A DNA stretch of 63,975 nucleotides, counting the filler. It is 9 parts of 9 records of this genome, joined end to end, with 100 filler letters (N's around TTAATTAATTAA, not from the genome) between each part and the next. Parts side by side here need not be neighbours in the genome. Positions count along the whole stretch, not along the records: positions 45,045 to 50,952 come from SRR31156797_75288; positions 51,053 to 58,558 come from SRR31156797_75432; positions 58,659 to 63,975 come from SRR31156797_75500; 6 more parts are not named here. The stretch is one strand, 5' to 3'. Positions 49,871 through 60,658 of this stretch are shown here, piece by piece. A program made the position numbers and the translations under genes. The notes below the pieces were generated by a model. It saw only the letters and a list, made by a program, of their open reading frames with translations. It ran no database searches and was not told the DNA's origin. Positions within the stretch are counted from its first letter, which is position 1; every line of letters starts with the position of its first letter.

Positions 49871-50800
49871 ATGGATTTAGGGATAATAATTATTTTAATA
49901 GTAATCACTTTAGTTTTTATTAAAAGTTATTTAAATAAAAAAAATGAAAAGAAAAAATATTCAACAGAATGCTTTATTGATAAGCTAATCTTGCCTTTTT
50001 CTTCACTTTATGAGCTTTGGATATCCAACAACATAATAAATGTTGACTATATAAAAAAAGATCATTTAATGATTAATACTTCTTTTAAAAAACTATTTGT
50101 TATTGAAGTTAAAGATTTTAATAAATTGAATGAAAACCTAATACATAAACTATTTAAAGAGTTTTCAGAAAAAGAGGATGGTTTCTTCTATCAGGCTATT
50201 ATAAAAGATACAAATTATCAAAAACAATATATTTTTTCCTATTCTGAAACACTAATTCATACTATTGCAAAAAATATAAATACCCAAATATTACAAGGTG
50301 AAAAAGCTCTTAAAGTTCTTAAAAAAGTTGTTTTTGCAGATGACAATAAAAATAAATTGGATATCAATACAGCCATAAAAGAAGCAAAAAAACAACTATC
50401 TTCACAATTTGAAGTATATCAAGGATATAAAGCAAAAGCAGGAGAGATAGAAGATACATATAACAAACTAAAAAACACTCATTTTAAAGGTGTTATTTGG
50501 GGCTATTATGATTTTTTCCAAGGAAGAGTAAGAGGATATATTTCTCATAGGATGAAAGATGACTCTTTCTATAATGATTCTAATGAACTTGTAATCATAA
50601 ACTTTATCCTTATTTCAAGAAATGTTACAAAAGAACAAATAAATAAAATCTCTAATATATATAATATTTCTTTAGTTAAAAAATCAATAAATCATTCAGA
50701 AATAATTTTAAAAACCCCCTTGAAACATAGAGATGTGGAATGGGACTTATTAGTTAATTTAAACTATTTAAGTAATCAATTTATTGCAAAAGGTAAATGA
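49871..50800 (+). CDS. Membrane-anchored hypothetical protein
   Basis: N-terminal TM segment, 309 aa, in operon. Confidence 0.75.
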   Translation: MDLGIIIILIVITLVFIKSYLNKKNEKKKYSTECFIDKLILPFSSLYELWISNNIINVDYIKKDHLMINTSFKKLFVIEVKDFNKLNENLIHKLFKEFSEKEDGFFYQAIIKDTNYQKQYIFSYSETLIHTIAKNINTQILQGEKALKVLKKVVFADDNKNKLDINTAIKEAKKQLSSQFEVYQGYKAKAGEIEDTYNKLKNTHFKGVIWGYYDFFQGRVRGYISHRMKDDSFYNDSNELVIINFILISRNVTKEQINKISNIYNISLVKKSINHSEIILKTPLKHRDVEWDLLVNLNYLSNQFIAKGK

Positions 50801-50952
50801 TGGATTTACAAACTATACTATTAAGTTCTGCTGCAATAGGAGGAACAATCCTTACAATGCATAAAAAAGACTCAAAATTAAAACTGTCTTCTTGTTTTTA
50901 TGAAAAGATATCTACACCAATTAATAATATTATAAATAAAAAAACTAGTGAA
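50797..50952 (+). CDS. Hypothetical protein, 3' truncated
   Basis: ATGA overlap with the upstream gene; hydrophobic N-terminus. Confidence 0.6.
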
Positions 50953-51052
50953 NNNNNNNNNNNNNNNNNNNNNNNNNNNNNNNNNNNNNNNNNNNNTTAA
51001 TTAATTAANNNNNNNNNNNNNNNNNNNNNNNNNNNNNNNNNNNNNNNNNNNN
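50953..51052. other. Artificial contig linker
   Basis: N44-TTAATTAATTAA-N44. Confidence 0.99.
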
Positions 51053-51518
51053 TGCGAAGAACCTTATGGTCTCTCCCCTTCATCTCAAAATCCGTATCGA
51101 AGATCTCGACCTTTGCCTTATGGATAACGAAATTCCCCTCCCTCATGGCAGGGTACTTCTCCAAATCATTGGCCGCCGTCCTGAAAGCCTCATTGCTCTG
51201 AGCCTTCTCGATGATATCCCCGGGAGGGACCTTCCGGACCTCGCCTATAATCCTGATGGAGTAGACAGGGGGAAAGATAGGCGTGCCGTCCTCTTCATGG
51301 CCCAGGATGGACGAATCCGAACAGCCGCAGACCGTCACCCGTCCCGTTTCGGTAAGCTGTCTATAAAAGGGCTTCGTAGTCATCGTCCTGAAGTAGAGAC
51401 CCTCATCATCGAATCCGTTGAAGTGGGCCACTCTCGAGTGGACCTCCTCACCATGGACGGTCGAAAACACCAGAACCCCGATATCGTCGGCGTAGCCGTA
51501 GATTTCCTCAATCGTCAT
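51053..51518 (-). CDS. Pyridoxamine 5'-phosphate oxidase-like FMN-binding protein, 3' truncated
   Basis: VFSTV..VHSR..GLYFRT..KPFYRQL split-barrel motif; GGAGG RBS. Confidence 0.75.
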
Positions 51519-51538
51519 GATCCTACCTCCCGGCCTAT

Positions 51539-51587
51539 ATAGTTCGTGGCCTAACTATATATAATTCGTGGCCGAACTATTTGTCAA
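51539..51587 (-). promoter_or_regulatory. Sigma-70 promoter overlapped by two tandem 20-bp palindromic operators (MarR-type)
   Basis: ATAGTTCGtggcCTAACTAT (51539-51558) and ATAATTCGtggcCGAACTAT (51561-51580); TTGACA on the minus strand at 51587-51582. Confidence 0.75.
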
Positions 51588-51718
51588 TAGCCTGGCCTGT
51601 TGGATCCAGATAAAAAGAGGGCCAAACCGGATAGGCATCTTCGGACTGGGGCTTTAAACCTATGGAGGCACTTGCAAAAGCCGCCGGGCAGGATAGGCCG
51701 GAATCCCCAGGCAGAGCC

Positions 51719-53293
51719 TCAGACGGCCTTATGTGCCTGAAGGGGACACAGAACCGTTCTGTTCCTTCCCTGTTCCTTAGCCGTGTACAGAGCGATATCC
51801 ACACGCTCGATCATAGATTCGATCGGGACGGTCCGCCCTTCCCCGGGAGCAAACTCGCAAACCCCGAAACTGGCGGTGATCCTGACGACACCATCTTCCG
51901 ATTCAAAGCGGAGGGCCTCCACGGACTGGCGCAGGCGTTCGGCGATGGCGAAGGCGGCCATGCCGTCGGTATCGGGGCAGAGGATGCAGAACTCTTCCCC
52001 CCCGTAGCGGCCGAACACCTCGGAGGAACGAAGCTGTTTTCCCACCTCATCGGTTACGCGGACAAGAACCCTGTCCCCCATGGGATGACCATAGTTGTCA
52101 TTCACGGCCTTAAAGTGATCCAGATCAAAAAGGATAAGAGCGAAAGGCCGCCCATCGGTATCGGCAGCCATTTCCATGATCCGGCTCATAAGGAAACGCC
52201 TGTTTGATATCCCCGTAAGGTCATCCTTCTCGGCCTGATTCTCAAGCCTCTTCATACGCTGAAAGGTTGATGAATCGTCCCGGATGTGCACAAGCCATCC
52301 ATCGACGCGGTCACCCTTTTCCAGGATCGTCGAGACCGAGAATCGGTAATGGCGTTCCCCGCTCTCATAACTCAGGACCCGACTCCCGTCGACGGAAGCC
52401 GAAAAAGAATCGCTCTCCCTGAGGCAACGGGCGAAACCGCCATCCGTCTTTTCCAGAGAGCGGCCTACGCGGAAATCAGACAGCAGCTCGGAGCTTCTTC
52501 CCATGGCGTTTATATCCCTCACAACCAGATGACGGTCGAGTATGAGAAGGGAGTCCCGCACCTTGTCGACGGCCAGATTCCGCGCGATATGGGAGAGATC
52601 CAGCATCCTGAAGCGGAAGAGGGCCAGGGCCAGGAAAAGGATCGTTATGAAGAAGAAAAAGGGCTGCGTGTCCAGATGGGTAATGCTGGAACGCTCGGGA
52701 TTCGCTATAGCGCTGCCGGTTGGGAAAACCCCTCCCAGCAAAACAAGAAAGGTCTGCACCCTGAGACGGCCCTTCACTCGAAACAGATGGACCAGCAGCA
52801 GAAGCTCCGCCAGGGTAGAGCAGGCAACGAGAAATATCAGCTGGGTCCTGTGCCAGAATCCGCTTTCGAACTCAACCACAGGGAAATCTCCCCCCTCAAG
52901 CAGGACGCAGCTCTTGTACATAAGATCCAGATGCTTCTCGCTGAAGATGACGAAACCTATGATCAGGGGCAGAATGAAAATAAGCAGGCCTGGCAGATAA
53001 CTCCCCTTCTTCTGTCTTATGAAACTGATCACGAAAAGGAGAAAGGCCGGGGCTGTGAAGCTGGCCCAGAAGACCTCATATCTCATAAACTCAAGGATAA
53101 GCTCCAGGCTTTGGGCGTTGATCTCCAGGGCATAGCCCAGTGAGTAAAGGGCGATGGTAAGCGTATAGAATGCAAATGCCTTGGCTCCGGGCACGTCCCG
53201 CCTCTGCAGGGCATACCCGGAAAGGTAGATGGAGAGGACGGATGAAAAAACAAGCAAAAGGGCCCAGCGGACCGACTCTTCGGAAAAAATCAC
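51719..53293 (-). CDS. Diguanylate cyclase with N-terminal HisKA_7TM sensor and PAS-like domain
   Basis: Seven TM segments; DDLTGISNRR, DLDHFKAVND.YGH and RYGGEEF motifs. Confidence 0.93.
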   Translation of the reverse strand: MIFSEESVRWALLLVFSSVLSIYLSGYALQRRDVPGAKAFAFYTLTIALYSLGYALEINAQSLELILEFMRYEVFWASFTAPAFLLFVISFIRQKKGSYLPGLLIFILPLIIGFVIFSEKHLDLMYKSCVLLEGGDFPVVEFESGFWHRTQLIFLVACSTLAELLLLVHLFRVKGRLRVQTFLVLLGGVFPTGSAIANPERSSITHLDTQPFFFFITILFLALALFRFRMLDLSHIARNLAVDKVRDSLLILDRHLVVRDINAMGRSSELLSDFRVGRSLEKTDGGFARCLRESDSFSASVDGSRVLSYESGERHYRFSVSTILEKGDRVDGWLVHIRDDSSTFQRMKRLENQAEKDDLTGISNRRFLMSRIMEMAADTDGRPFALILFDLDHFKAVNDNYGHPMGDRVLVRVTDEVGKQLRSSEVFGRYGGEEFCILCPDTDGMAAFAIAERLRQSVEALRFESEDGVVRITASFGVCEFAPGEGRTVPIESMIERVDIALYTAKEQGRNRTVLCPLQAHKAV

Positions 53294-53487
53294 GATTCCA
53301 TCCTTTTGAGAATATCGAACTCAAGGGAGAACTAAACGGTGAATACACTATTTTACCCTGAATCGGCAGGAAGACAATGGGAAATTTTCCAATTGAAGAA
53401 CGAAATTCAACCTTCCGGCACGAGGATGGTGATCATTGTTCAGAATTTTGTTATTCAATAGTAACCGTAAATCGTTAGGATTAAAAC

Positions 53488-55704
53488 ATGAAGAAGAAGC
53501 TGTCCTTTATCACATTGATCCTGATCCTGAACGTCTCCCTTCATGCGGTGGAGGAAAGAGACCCGGTTGTAGCGGTTGTCCTTGCGGGGGGAGGGGCGTT
53601 GGGATTCGCCCATGTGGGAGCCCTGCAGGTTCTCGAAGAAGAGGGCATACGTCCCGACTATGTGATCGGGACCAGTATGGGAAGCATCATCGGAGGCCTT
53701 TACTGCGCAGGCTACAGCCCCATAGAGCTGGAAGATATAATCAGGGAGACCGACTGGAAGAACACCCTGCTGGACAGCTTCGAGCGCAGGGAACTGAGCT
53801 ATAACAGAAAGAAGATCGAGAGCAGCTACCTGCTTTCCATCGGGCTCGACAAAAATGAGAATCTCAATGACGCCGGATTCTCTCAGGGGCAACATGTTAT
53901 AGAACTGCTGGACGATCTGCTCTCGCCCCGCATCGCCGAGACTGATTTCAACGAATTGCCCATCCCTTTCCGGGCCGTGGGAGCAGACCTTCTGACAGGA
54001 GAAAAGGTTGTATACGAGGATGGAGACCTGAAGACGGCCATCCGGGCGTCCATGGCCGTTCCCGGCATCTTCACGCCAGTCAAGTACAGGGGGCGCTATG
54101 TGATTGACGGGGGCTGGGTGGAAAACCTGCCCACTACCGTAGCCAGGGACCTGGGAGCGGATATCGTAATCGCGGTCTCCCTCTTCTCCATGACCGATGA
54201 CATCGAGACGCTTTCCACCCTGACGGGACTGAGCGCCCAGGCCGATCAGATCAGAACCATGGACAGGAATGTCGCCAGCGCAGAGGCGGCTGACATAATC
54301 ATATCCCCCGACCTGACGGGCTACAACATGGCCGACTTTGAGAGGGGAGTCCCTCTCATGGAACTCGGCTATGCGGCGGCCGACGCGCAGAGGCGAAAGA
54401 TCAGGGAGATTGCTTCGGCCATCCCCTCTTCCCCTCGTCCGGTGGAGAGGGAAACGGGAGATCCGGAGATTCCTATCCGCTGGATCAGCGTTGAAGAAGT
54501 GGCCGACAGCGAAACCATCGCCAGTATAAAATCAAACCTGGTGAAAGAGATGGGCTACAATCCCCGCAGCTCCGAACTGAGACGGCAGATCTACAAGCTC
54601 TACGACAGCGGAGACTACAGCCATGTCTGGTACAGGCTCATTCCCACCGGGGAGGGCAGATACGATCTGATCATAGACGCGCCCATACGCAAAAAGTACA
54701 AAGACAACCTGAGCGCCGCCCTGGACTTCGGAACCTACCTCAACGAATCCAGAATCTCCGATTTTCATCTGAAGGTCGCCTACAGGAACTGGTTCGGCAG
54801 GGAGCTGAACAACTCCGCGTTCCTGGAACTGGGGATATCTGAATTTCCCTCTATGACGGGAGGGGTCGGCTATTCACCGAGCTGGGGCGAGGGCCTGCTC
54901 GCCATCAGGGGCGGCGTCCTGCAGGAAAACCGCTTATTCTATGATGACGACGACTCCCTCGATTCCCAGTATATCCTGGGCAAACTGGGAGGAAGCCTCT
55001 TCTATGACCAGGCCCTTTTCAAGCGATTTGAGCTCTCCCTTGGGGCCTACGGCAGACACAACTGGACGGACAGGAAGATGGGGACCGATTCCTTCCCGGA
55101 AGAGGACTGGGGCCGCTACGGCGCTAAAGCCATAATCAATATTGATACCCTGGACAGGGCGCTTTCCCCGGACAAGGGAGTGAAGGCCCTTCTTATGAAC
55201 GACGTATCATCCGACAGCTCCGGCGAGCTCTCCTCCCTGATCGTGACAGCGGGAGAAATATATGTCCCTGTGATTCCGGAAGGGAGGGGGAGCCTGTTCA
55301 TGAGAGGCGAATTCCAGTCCCTTGTGCTCGGAGAGCTTAAGCCTCTGGAGCTTCCGTCCCTGGGAACGGCATTCCCCTTTTACGGTTACTACCCTCAGGA
55401 GCTGCGGGCGGAGAACATAGCCCTGGCGGGCCTGGGGATGCGCATACGGGTAGCCTCACTCCCCTACAGCATGGGAAACGATGTCTACCTTCAGCTGGCC
55501 GGAAACAGCGCCTCCCGCTGGTCGGACCAAGAAGTTGACAGTTTCGGCGATTACGATTTCTTCCATGGCGGAGCTCTGTCGCTCCTTCTGAACACACACC
55601 TGGGAGTGATCGAGGCGGGTCTCAACCTGAACGACGATGCGAGGTGGACCCTGTTTATCGGAGTATCCACATCCACGACACTATACGACAATCTCTATTA
55701 TTGA
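53488..55704 (+). CDS. Patatin-like phospholipase with C-terminal beta-barrel (PlpD / type Vd-like)
   Basis: Signal peptide; GGGALG, GTSMG and DGG motifs; POTRA-like linker; amphipathic beta-strand C-terminus. Confidence 0.85.
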   Translation: MKKKLSFITLILILNVSLHAVEERDPVVAVVLAGGGALGFAHVGALQVLEEEGIRPDYVIGTSMGSIIGGLYCAGYSPIELEDIIRETDWKNTLLDSFERRELSYNRKKIESSYLLSIGLDKNENLNDAGFSQGQHVIELLDDLLSPRIAETDFNELPIPFRAVGADLLTGEKVVYEDGDLKTAIRASMAVPGIFTPVKYRGRYVIDGGWVENLPTTVARDLGADIVIAVSLFSMTDDIETLSTLTGLSAQADQIRTMDRNVASAEAADIIISPDLTGYNMADFERGVPLMELGYAAADAQRRKIREIASAIPSSPRPVERETGDPEIPIRWISVEEVADSETIASIKSNLVKEMGYNPRSSELRRQIYKLYDSGDYSHVWYRLIPTGEGRYDLIIDAPIRKKYKDNLSAALDFGTYLNESRISDFHLKVAYRNWFGRELNNSAFLELGISEFPSMTGGVGYSPSWGEGLLAIRGGVLQENRLFYDDDDSLDSQYILGKLGGSLFYDQALFKRFELSLGAYGRHNWTDRKMGTDSFPEEDWGRYGAKAIINIDTLDRALSPDKGVKALLMNDVSSDSSGELSSLIVTAGEIYVPVIPEGRGSLFMRGEFQSLVLGELKPLELPSLGTAFPFYGYYPQELRAENIALAGLGMRIRVASLPYSMGNDVYLQLAGNSASRWSDQEVDSFGDYDFFHGGALSLLLNTHLGVIEAGLNLNDDARWTLFIGVSTSTTLYDNLYY

Positions 55705-58010
55705 CGCTTGGTTCCCGGCGGATGGAGCGCCCGCTCCAGATGTTCGGTGAGTTCCTTGTGGGTAAAGGGCTTTTGTATAAAACCGGCCAGCCCCTGCCTT
55801 GTCAGTTCATGAAGGTTCTCATCCCTCGTATATCCGGACATAATGACAAAGGGACAGGTTATGCTCCGCTTCTTCAGTTCCAGGAAGAGTTCCTTCCCGC
55901 TCATTTCCGGCATGATCATATCGCTTATGATCAGTGAAAGCCGTCCCTTTTCCTCCTCCCAGACATCAAGAGCCTGCCGCCCGTCCGAGGCGGTGAAGAC
56001 GGAATAGCCTATGGCCTCCAGCTGTGCCCTGACGGTGAAACGGATCATCTCTTCATCATCTACGAGCAATATGGTACCGCTGCCTGTGTTGTCAGTTTCC
56101 ATGGTCTTCTCCTGCTTCGCTGCGGAGTCTTCGGCACAGGGGAGGAAGAGGGTAAAGGCCGACCCTTTTCCCTCGCGGCTCTTCACCTGAATGGCGCCGC
56201 CGTGATCCCGCACCGCCGCATAGACGGATGCCAGCCCGAGACCGGTTCCCTTGCCTTTCTCCTTGGTCGTAAAGAAGGGATCGAAGATTCTGTCCAGATG
56301 CTCCCTGGGTATTCCGCAGCCCGTGTCTTCCACGCGGAGTCCGATAAAGTCTCCGGGTGTCAACTCAAAGGGGGAAAGCATACAGAATTCATGATCCAGG
56401 TAGCGGTTCGCCGCAGAGAAAGTAAGGATCCCTCCGTCGGCCATGGCATGGGAGGCGTTTATCGCCAGGTTCATCAGGCTGTTCTGAACCGCTGTGAAGT
56501 TCCCCAGAAAGAAGGGATGCTCAAGCTCTCCCTCTCTCCGGATGTCGATACTCTTGTCGATCGTCCTTTCCAAAAGGGAGATCGTCTCGTCAAGGACCTC
56601 CCTCGTATCGATGGAAGAGGTTTCCAGCCCCCCCTTTCTTCCGAAGGCGAGCAGCTTGGCCGTCAGATCCGAAGCCCTCTCCGAGGCCTCCAGAATAAGA
56701 TCGATAAACGAATCAGCCTGCTCCAGGCCGGAGCAGATCGGTTTGAGAAGGGAGGCGGCTCCCGAAATACCGGCCAGCATATTATTAAAATCATGGGCGA
56801 CGCCGCCGGCAAGCTGGCCTATGGCGTCCATCTTCTGAGAATGGACGAGCTTCTCTTCCAGAAGCGTCCGCTCGGTAACATCGTCAATCCGGATAACCGC
56901 CCCGTGCACCGAGTCGCTGCTCAGCGGATAGATGGTGACATCCTCTATGATCGTCTGCCCCCGGTCAAGACGCACCCTTCCCGAATCGTAGCGCACTTCG
57001 CCGCTTTTCATGGCTTCGAAGATAGACCCGACCTCAGCCTGTCCGAGGGGCAAAAGCTCGGAAATCGGACGGTTGAATGCCTCTGATCCGGAAACCCCGG
57101 TCATCGCCTCGGCGCTGCTGTTCCAATGGGTGACTCGCCCGTCTGAGTTCAGCCCGATAAGGGTGGACGGCATGGAATCTATGATATTGGCGACCAGGCT
57201 CTGAGCCTTTTTCAACTCCTTCTCCACCCGCTTCCGCTCAAGAATCTCCCTGTTCAGATCTCCTATTTTGCGATGGATGGAATCCTGCATATCGTTGAAA
57301 CTCCCGGCGAGCTCGCCCACTTCATCCCTGGTAAAGGCGGGGATGTCCTGCTCCAGATCCCCTTCGGAAATCCTCTTTGCCGCTGAAGCGAGGGACTTGA
57401 TGGGCTCTGTGAAGCGTATCATCAGGACGGTTATCAGCAGCAGGATAATCGCCGTCGCCACCGTCAGGATAATAAGGAATATCCTGCGAAAGCTTCTCAG
57501 GTCCGCGTACTTCTCTGATAGGGGCACGGTATAGCAAAGTATCCACTCCCAGGGCTCGAACTCCCGGAACAGATACCATTTGCTATCACCCTCATATGCT
57601 CTGACAAAGCTCCCTTCCTTTTCGTCCACCATCCTGACGGCCCAGGGATAAAGATCCTGCATTTTCTCACCCGCCCGCACAGGGTGAAGCATGAAGCGTC
57701 CGTCACCATCCAGGATAAAGGGGTATACGAGATTGTGGTCACTGTAATAGCTCTCTTCGAAGCGGGAGAGGGCGCGCTCCTGGAAGTCCTTTTCATAGGC
57801 CTCCACCAGTCCCGTCTGCTGCAACCGAACATAGGTTCTGTTGAGATCGTCCCAAAGGACCTGAAGACTCTTTTCATAGACCTGATTCTGACTCTTATCG
57901 ATGATGTTATGCAGCTGTCTGTCGGCAATAACAAAGATACTGAAAAGGGCGACAAACAGAGTCCCGAATACCGGGAGAAGGAGTTTTAAAGTAATTCCTC
58001 TGATTCTCAT
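55698..58010 (-). CDS. Hybrid sensor histidine kinase (Cache-HAMP-PAS-HisKA-HATPase-REC)
   Basis: AHDFNN H-box, DTGCG, FFTTK, GTGLGL; receiver LLVDDE..SDMIMP..KP. Confidence 0.95.
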   Translation of the reverse strand: MRIRGITLKLLLPVFGTLFVALFSIFVIADRQLHNIIDKSQNQVYEKSLQVLWDDLNRTYVRLQQTGLVEAYEKDFQERALSRFEESYYSDHNLVYPFILDGDGRFMLHPVRAGEKMQDLYPWAVRMVDEKEGSFVRAYEGDSKWYLFREFEPWEWILCYTVPLSEKYADLRSFRRIFLIILTVATAIILLLITVLMIRFTEPIKSLASAAKRISEGDLEQDIPAFTRDEVGELAGSFNDMQDSIHRKIGDLNREILERKRVEKELKKAQSLVANIIDSMPSTLIGLNSDGRVTHWNSSAEAMTGVSGSEAFNRPISELLPLGQAEVGSIFEAMKSGEVRYDSGRVRLDRGQTIIEDVTIYPLSSDSVHGAVIRIDDVTERTLLEEKLVHSQKMDAIGQLAGGVAHDFNNMLAGISGAASLLKPICSGLEQADSFIDLILEASERASDLTAKLLAFGRKGGLETSSIDTREVLDETISLLERTIDKSIDIRREGELEHPFFLGNFTAVQNSLMNLAINASHAMADGGILTFSAANRYLDHEFCMLSPFELTPGDFIGLRVEDTGCGIPREHLDRIFDPFFTTKEKGKGTGLGLASVYAAVRDHGGAIQVKSREGKGSAFTLFLPCAEDSAAKQEKTMETDNTGSGTILLVDDEEMIRFTVRAQLEAIGYSVFTASDGRQALDVWEEEKGRLSLIISDMIMPEMSGKELFLELKKRSITCPFVIMSGYTRDENLHELTRQGLAGFIQKPFTHKELTEHLERALHPPGTKRQ

Positions 58011-58240
58011 TCCTCTTCTCCAGAGATCATGTTGGGTTCGCCGGGCCTTGCCGCCGGGAAAGAGTTCACAGCCTGTTCATTATACGATTCGATATTCAGC
58101 AATCCTGACCTCAGTTTATAGATTAAAATCACTCAGACCTAAATGCAAGAAAACTATAAGGAAGACCGGGAACGTTAAGTTGGGAAATGCGGGATTTCCA
58201 GACTGGTAAAAACCGAAAACACCGTTATAATAAGTCAGAT

Positions 58241-58537
58241 ATGGAAACAAAGCTGAAAGAAGAAGACCTGGAAAGGGTCAGCGGCATCGCCCGCTACCAC
58301 GAAAGGATGTGGATAGAACGGGACGAGGAAGGGAAAATAAAACAGGTCTATGACCTGGACCTGAATCCCATTGATAAGACGATGCTCTACCTCTCCTTCG
58401 AAAGTGTGACCCAGGATGACGGATTCTCCTACAAGGGCGAGTTCATAGAATTTCCCGACATCCGTGAATACGCCAGAAAAAGGGCCCATGGCTATCAGAG
58501 GCGAAACTACGGACATAGCTCCGACAAGGGCCTATAG
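58241..58537 (+). CDS. Hypothetical protein (98 aa)
   Basis: ORF with coding-like composition; TATAAT shortly upstream. Confidence 0.65.
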   Translation: METKLKEEDLERVSGIARYHERMWIERDEEGKIKQVYDLDLNPIDKTMLYLSFESVTQDDGFSYKGEFIEFPDIREYARKRAHGYQRRNYGHSSDKGL

Positions 58538-58558
58538 GCATAAGGTCCTCCCCAGGAA

Positions 58559-58658
58559 NNNNNNNNNNNNNNNNNNNNNNNNNNNNNNNNNNNNNNNNNN
58601 NNTTAATTAATTAANNNNNNNNNNNNNNNNNNNNNNNNNNNNNNNNNNNNNNNNNNNN
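58559..58658. other. Artificial contig linker
   Basis: N44-TTAATTAATTAA-N44. Confidence 0.99.
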
Positions 58659-59538
58659 TCCATGTCCCGCCTCCCGGAGTGGCCGTAAGCATATTTATGG
58701 CGAATATGGCGCCCGTGAAAGGTTTGGTCCTATCCTCGCTCATTATGTAGTCCCTGATGACAATTCTGCCCCCAACCTTTAAAGCTGAATATATATTCCT
58801 GAACAATTCCACATTCTGTTCCAGGCTGTTCTGGTGAATAATTGCTGAAACAAATGCCAGGTCGTGACCTTCGGGCAATCTGTCCGTGTAAAAATCGCCT
58901 GGAGCCAGTGCTGCCCGGTCCAATAAATCATTTTCCGCAAGCCTCTGCCTGGCCATTTCAACCACTTCGGGCCTATCGAACAAGGTGGCTTTTAATTTGG
59001 GGGAAGCTTCCAAAAAGGCTATGGTGTAGGTTCCCGAAGCGCCGCCGACATCCAATAGCGCTTCGGCATTCCCGGGATTGACCAAATCAACTATTTCCGC
59101 CGCCTGCTTCGAACCGATAACATGCATGGCCCCGATAAATGCCTTCATAGCCTCTTGTTCTTCAAATTGAGCAGGGAATCTGTCGACTTTTCCCGTGTCC
59201 TTTATTATTTCCGTCAGGTTTGACCACTGTTTCCACAGCGAGGCCCCATGCAATAGCATCGGCAAAAGGGAATCCGGGGAATCAGCTGAAAGCAGAGGCG
59301 TCAGGGAAGGTTCAGTAAGGTATTGCTTTTCCGTTTTTATAATTACGCCCATGCCGGATAAAGCATCGAGCAGCCTGGTAAGGGGACGCTGGTGATACCC
59401 TGTTTTTTGAGCCAGCTCCGATGCTGATAGTGGATTGTTTGCAAGCATTGTGTAGATGTCGAGTTCCGCCCCGGTGAGCAAAATCCGGCTCTCCATAAAA
59501 TCTCTGCTCTTGGTAAGAATTTGTTGCGGTGAAGCCAT
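58659..59538 (-). CDS. SAM-dependent O-methyltransferase with N-terminal dimerisation domain, 3' truncated
   Basis: LLDVGGASG, LFDRP, GDFY and SAIIH motifs. Confidence 0.9.
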
Positions 59539-59734
59539 AAAAGCCCCTTTTTTATTGACTGCCGGAGGTAAAATGAGCTTACATTAAATGCAATTGCCGA
59601 AAAATAGCGACCTCTAACCCGAGCCTGGATTATATACAATAGCTGTTGAATAGTCATTACCCAAATAATGGCTTTGACATCCAATAATTAAACAACAGCA
59701 TAATATTAATAAACCAAGGACATCAGGGAGCATT

Positions 59735-60607
59735 ATGCAGTTATCACGACGTGCATTTTTAAGGTTGGGCGCCTTGGGCGTGTTGGGCGTACTGGCTGGT
59801 AAAGGATTCATTAACAGCCGTAATATTAATCTGGCCAGGCAGGATGTCATTTTGAACCGGCTGCCCGAGGCCTATGACGGCTTGACCATAGGCCAGATAA
59901 CCGATATCCACGCCGGTCCATTGGCAACTCGCGAAATGATACGATCGGGGGTGGATCTCCTGATGAAAAACAGGCCGGATATTGTGGTCCTGACCGGTGA
60001 TTTTGTAAGCGGGGCGACAAAGTTTCTCTGGACGACCTATGGAGGATTTAAGGACCATCACATGCAATTCTGCATGAAAGAACTTTCCCGGCTCAAGGCC
60101 CCGCTTGGCGTGTACGCGGTTTTGGGGAATCATGACTTCTGGACGGGACCGGCAGTGGCGGCCCGGGTGATAAAAGGACTCGAAAACATCGGAGTTCGTG
60201 TATTAAGAAACGAATCCCTGCCGTTAAAAGGGGACCAGGCGGTTTATTTGGCCGGCGTCGACGATTATTGGGAAAAATCATACAATCTTATGATCGCCAT
60301 GAAGGAGATGCCGCAAGAATCCTTCAAAATTCTTCTTTCACATAATCCCGACGTTAATGAGGACATTGATGCGCGCGGTCTAAAGGTCGACCTGATAATC
60401 TCGGGTCATACCCACGGCGGTCAAGTTGTTTTGCCGCTGATCGGGGCTCCGTTCCTGCCATCCGCTTTCGGGCAAAAATACAGAGCCGGCCTGGTTGAGG
60501 ATCAAGGGAGGTTTACCTATATCAGCACTGGATTGGGCCTTTTTTTCGTCCCGGTTCGTTTGAACTGCCCGCCTGAAGTCAATCTGCTGACTCTACGTCG
60601 AGCCTGA
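59735..60607 (+). CDS. Metallophosphoesterase (YkuE-like) with twin-arginine signal
   Basis: SRRAFL; TDIH, TGDF, GNHD, SHNP and GHTHGGQ motifs. Confidence 0.92.
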   Translation: MQLSRRAFLRLGALGVLGVLAGKGFINSRNINLARQDVILNRLPEAYDGLTIGQITDIHAGPLATREMIRSGVDLLMKNRPDIVVLTGDFVSGATKFLWTTYGGFKDHHMQFCMKELSRLKAPLGVYAVLGNHDFWTGPAVAARVIKGLENIGVRVLRNESLPLKGDQAVYLAGVDDYWEKSYNLMIAMKEMPQESFKILLSHNPDVNEDIDARGLKVDLIISGHTHGGQVVLPLIGAPFLPSAFGQKYRAGLVEDQGRFTYISTGLGLFFVPVRLNCPPEVNLLTLRRA

Positions 60608-60626
60608 TCATTCTTCCGGTTAATAA

Positions 60627-60650
60627 GGGAACGGGCGGAAGCCCGTCCCC
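60627..60650. terminator. GC-rich hairpin between convergent genes
   Basis: GGGAACGGGC-GGAA-GCCCGTCCCC. Confidence 0.5.
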
Positions 60651-60658
60651 GAATGCAG

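Larger units (their letters stand above)
45045..50952 (+). mobile_element. Divergent type IV secretion / conjugative transfer operon on a plasmid or ICE (partial)
   Basis: Contiguous exported proteins including VirB1-, VirB8- and VirB10-like candidates; very AT-rich. Confidence 0.6.

Noticed and set aside
52286-57086. Long plus-strand ORFs (285 and 294 aa) opposite the GGDEF and kinase genes
   Set aside because: Shadow ORFs in GC-rich coding DNA that fully overlap well-supported genes.
58241-58537. LKEEDLERVSG resembles a double-glycine bacteriocin leader
   Set aside because: It ends in SG-I rather than GG/GA, the remainder looks globular and charged, and no peptidase-ABC transporter or modification enzymes are visible.
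6846-58658. Eight repeated TTAATTAATTAA motifs flanked by N runs, and any cross-contig gene clusters
   Set aside because: Artificial six-frame-stop linkers. The contigs differ in GC content and apparent taxonomy, so linkage across them (for example contig 2 with contig 5) is not supported.
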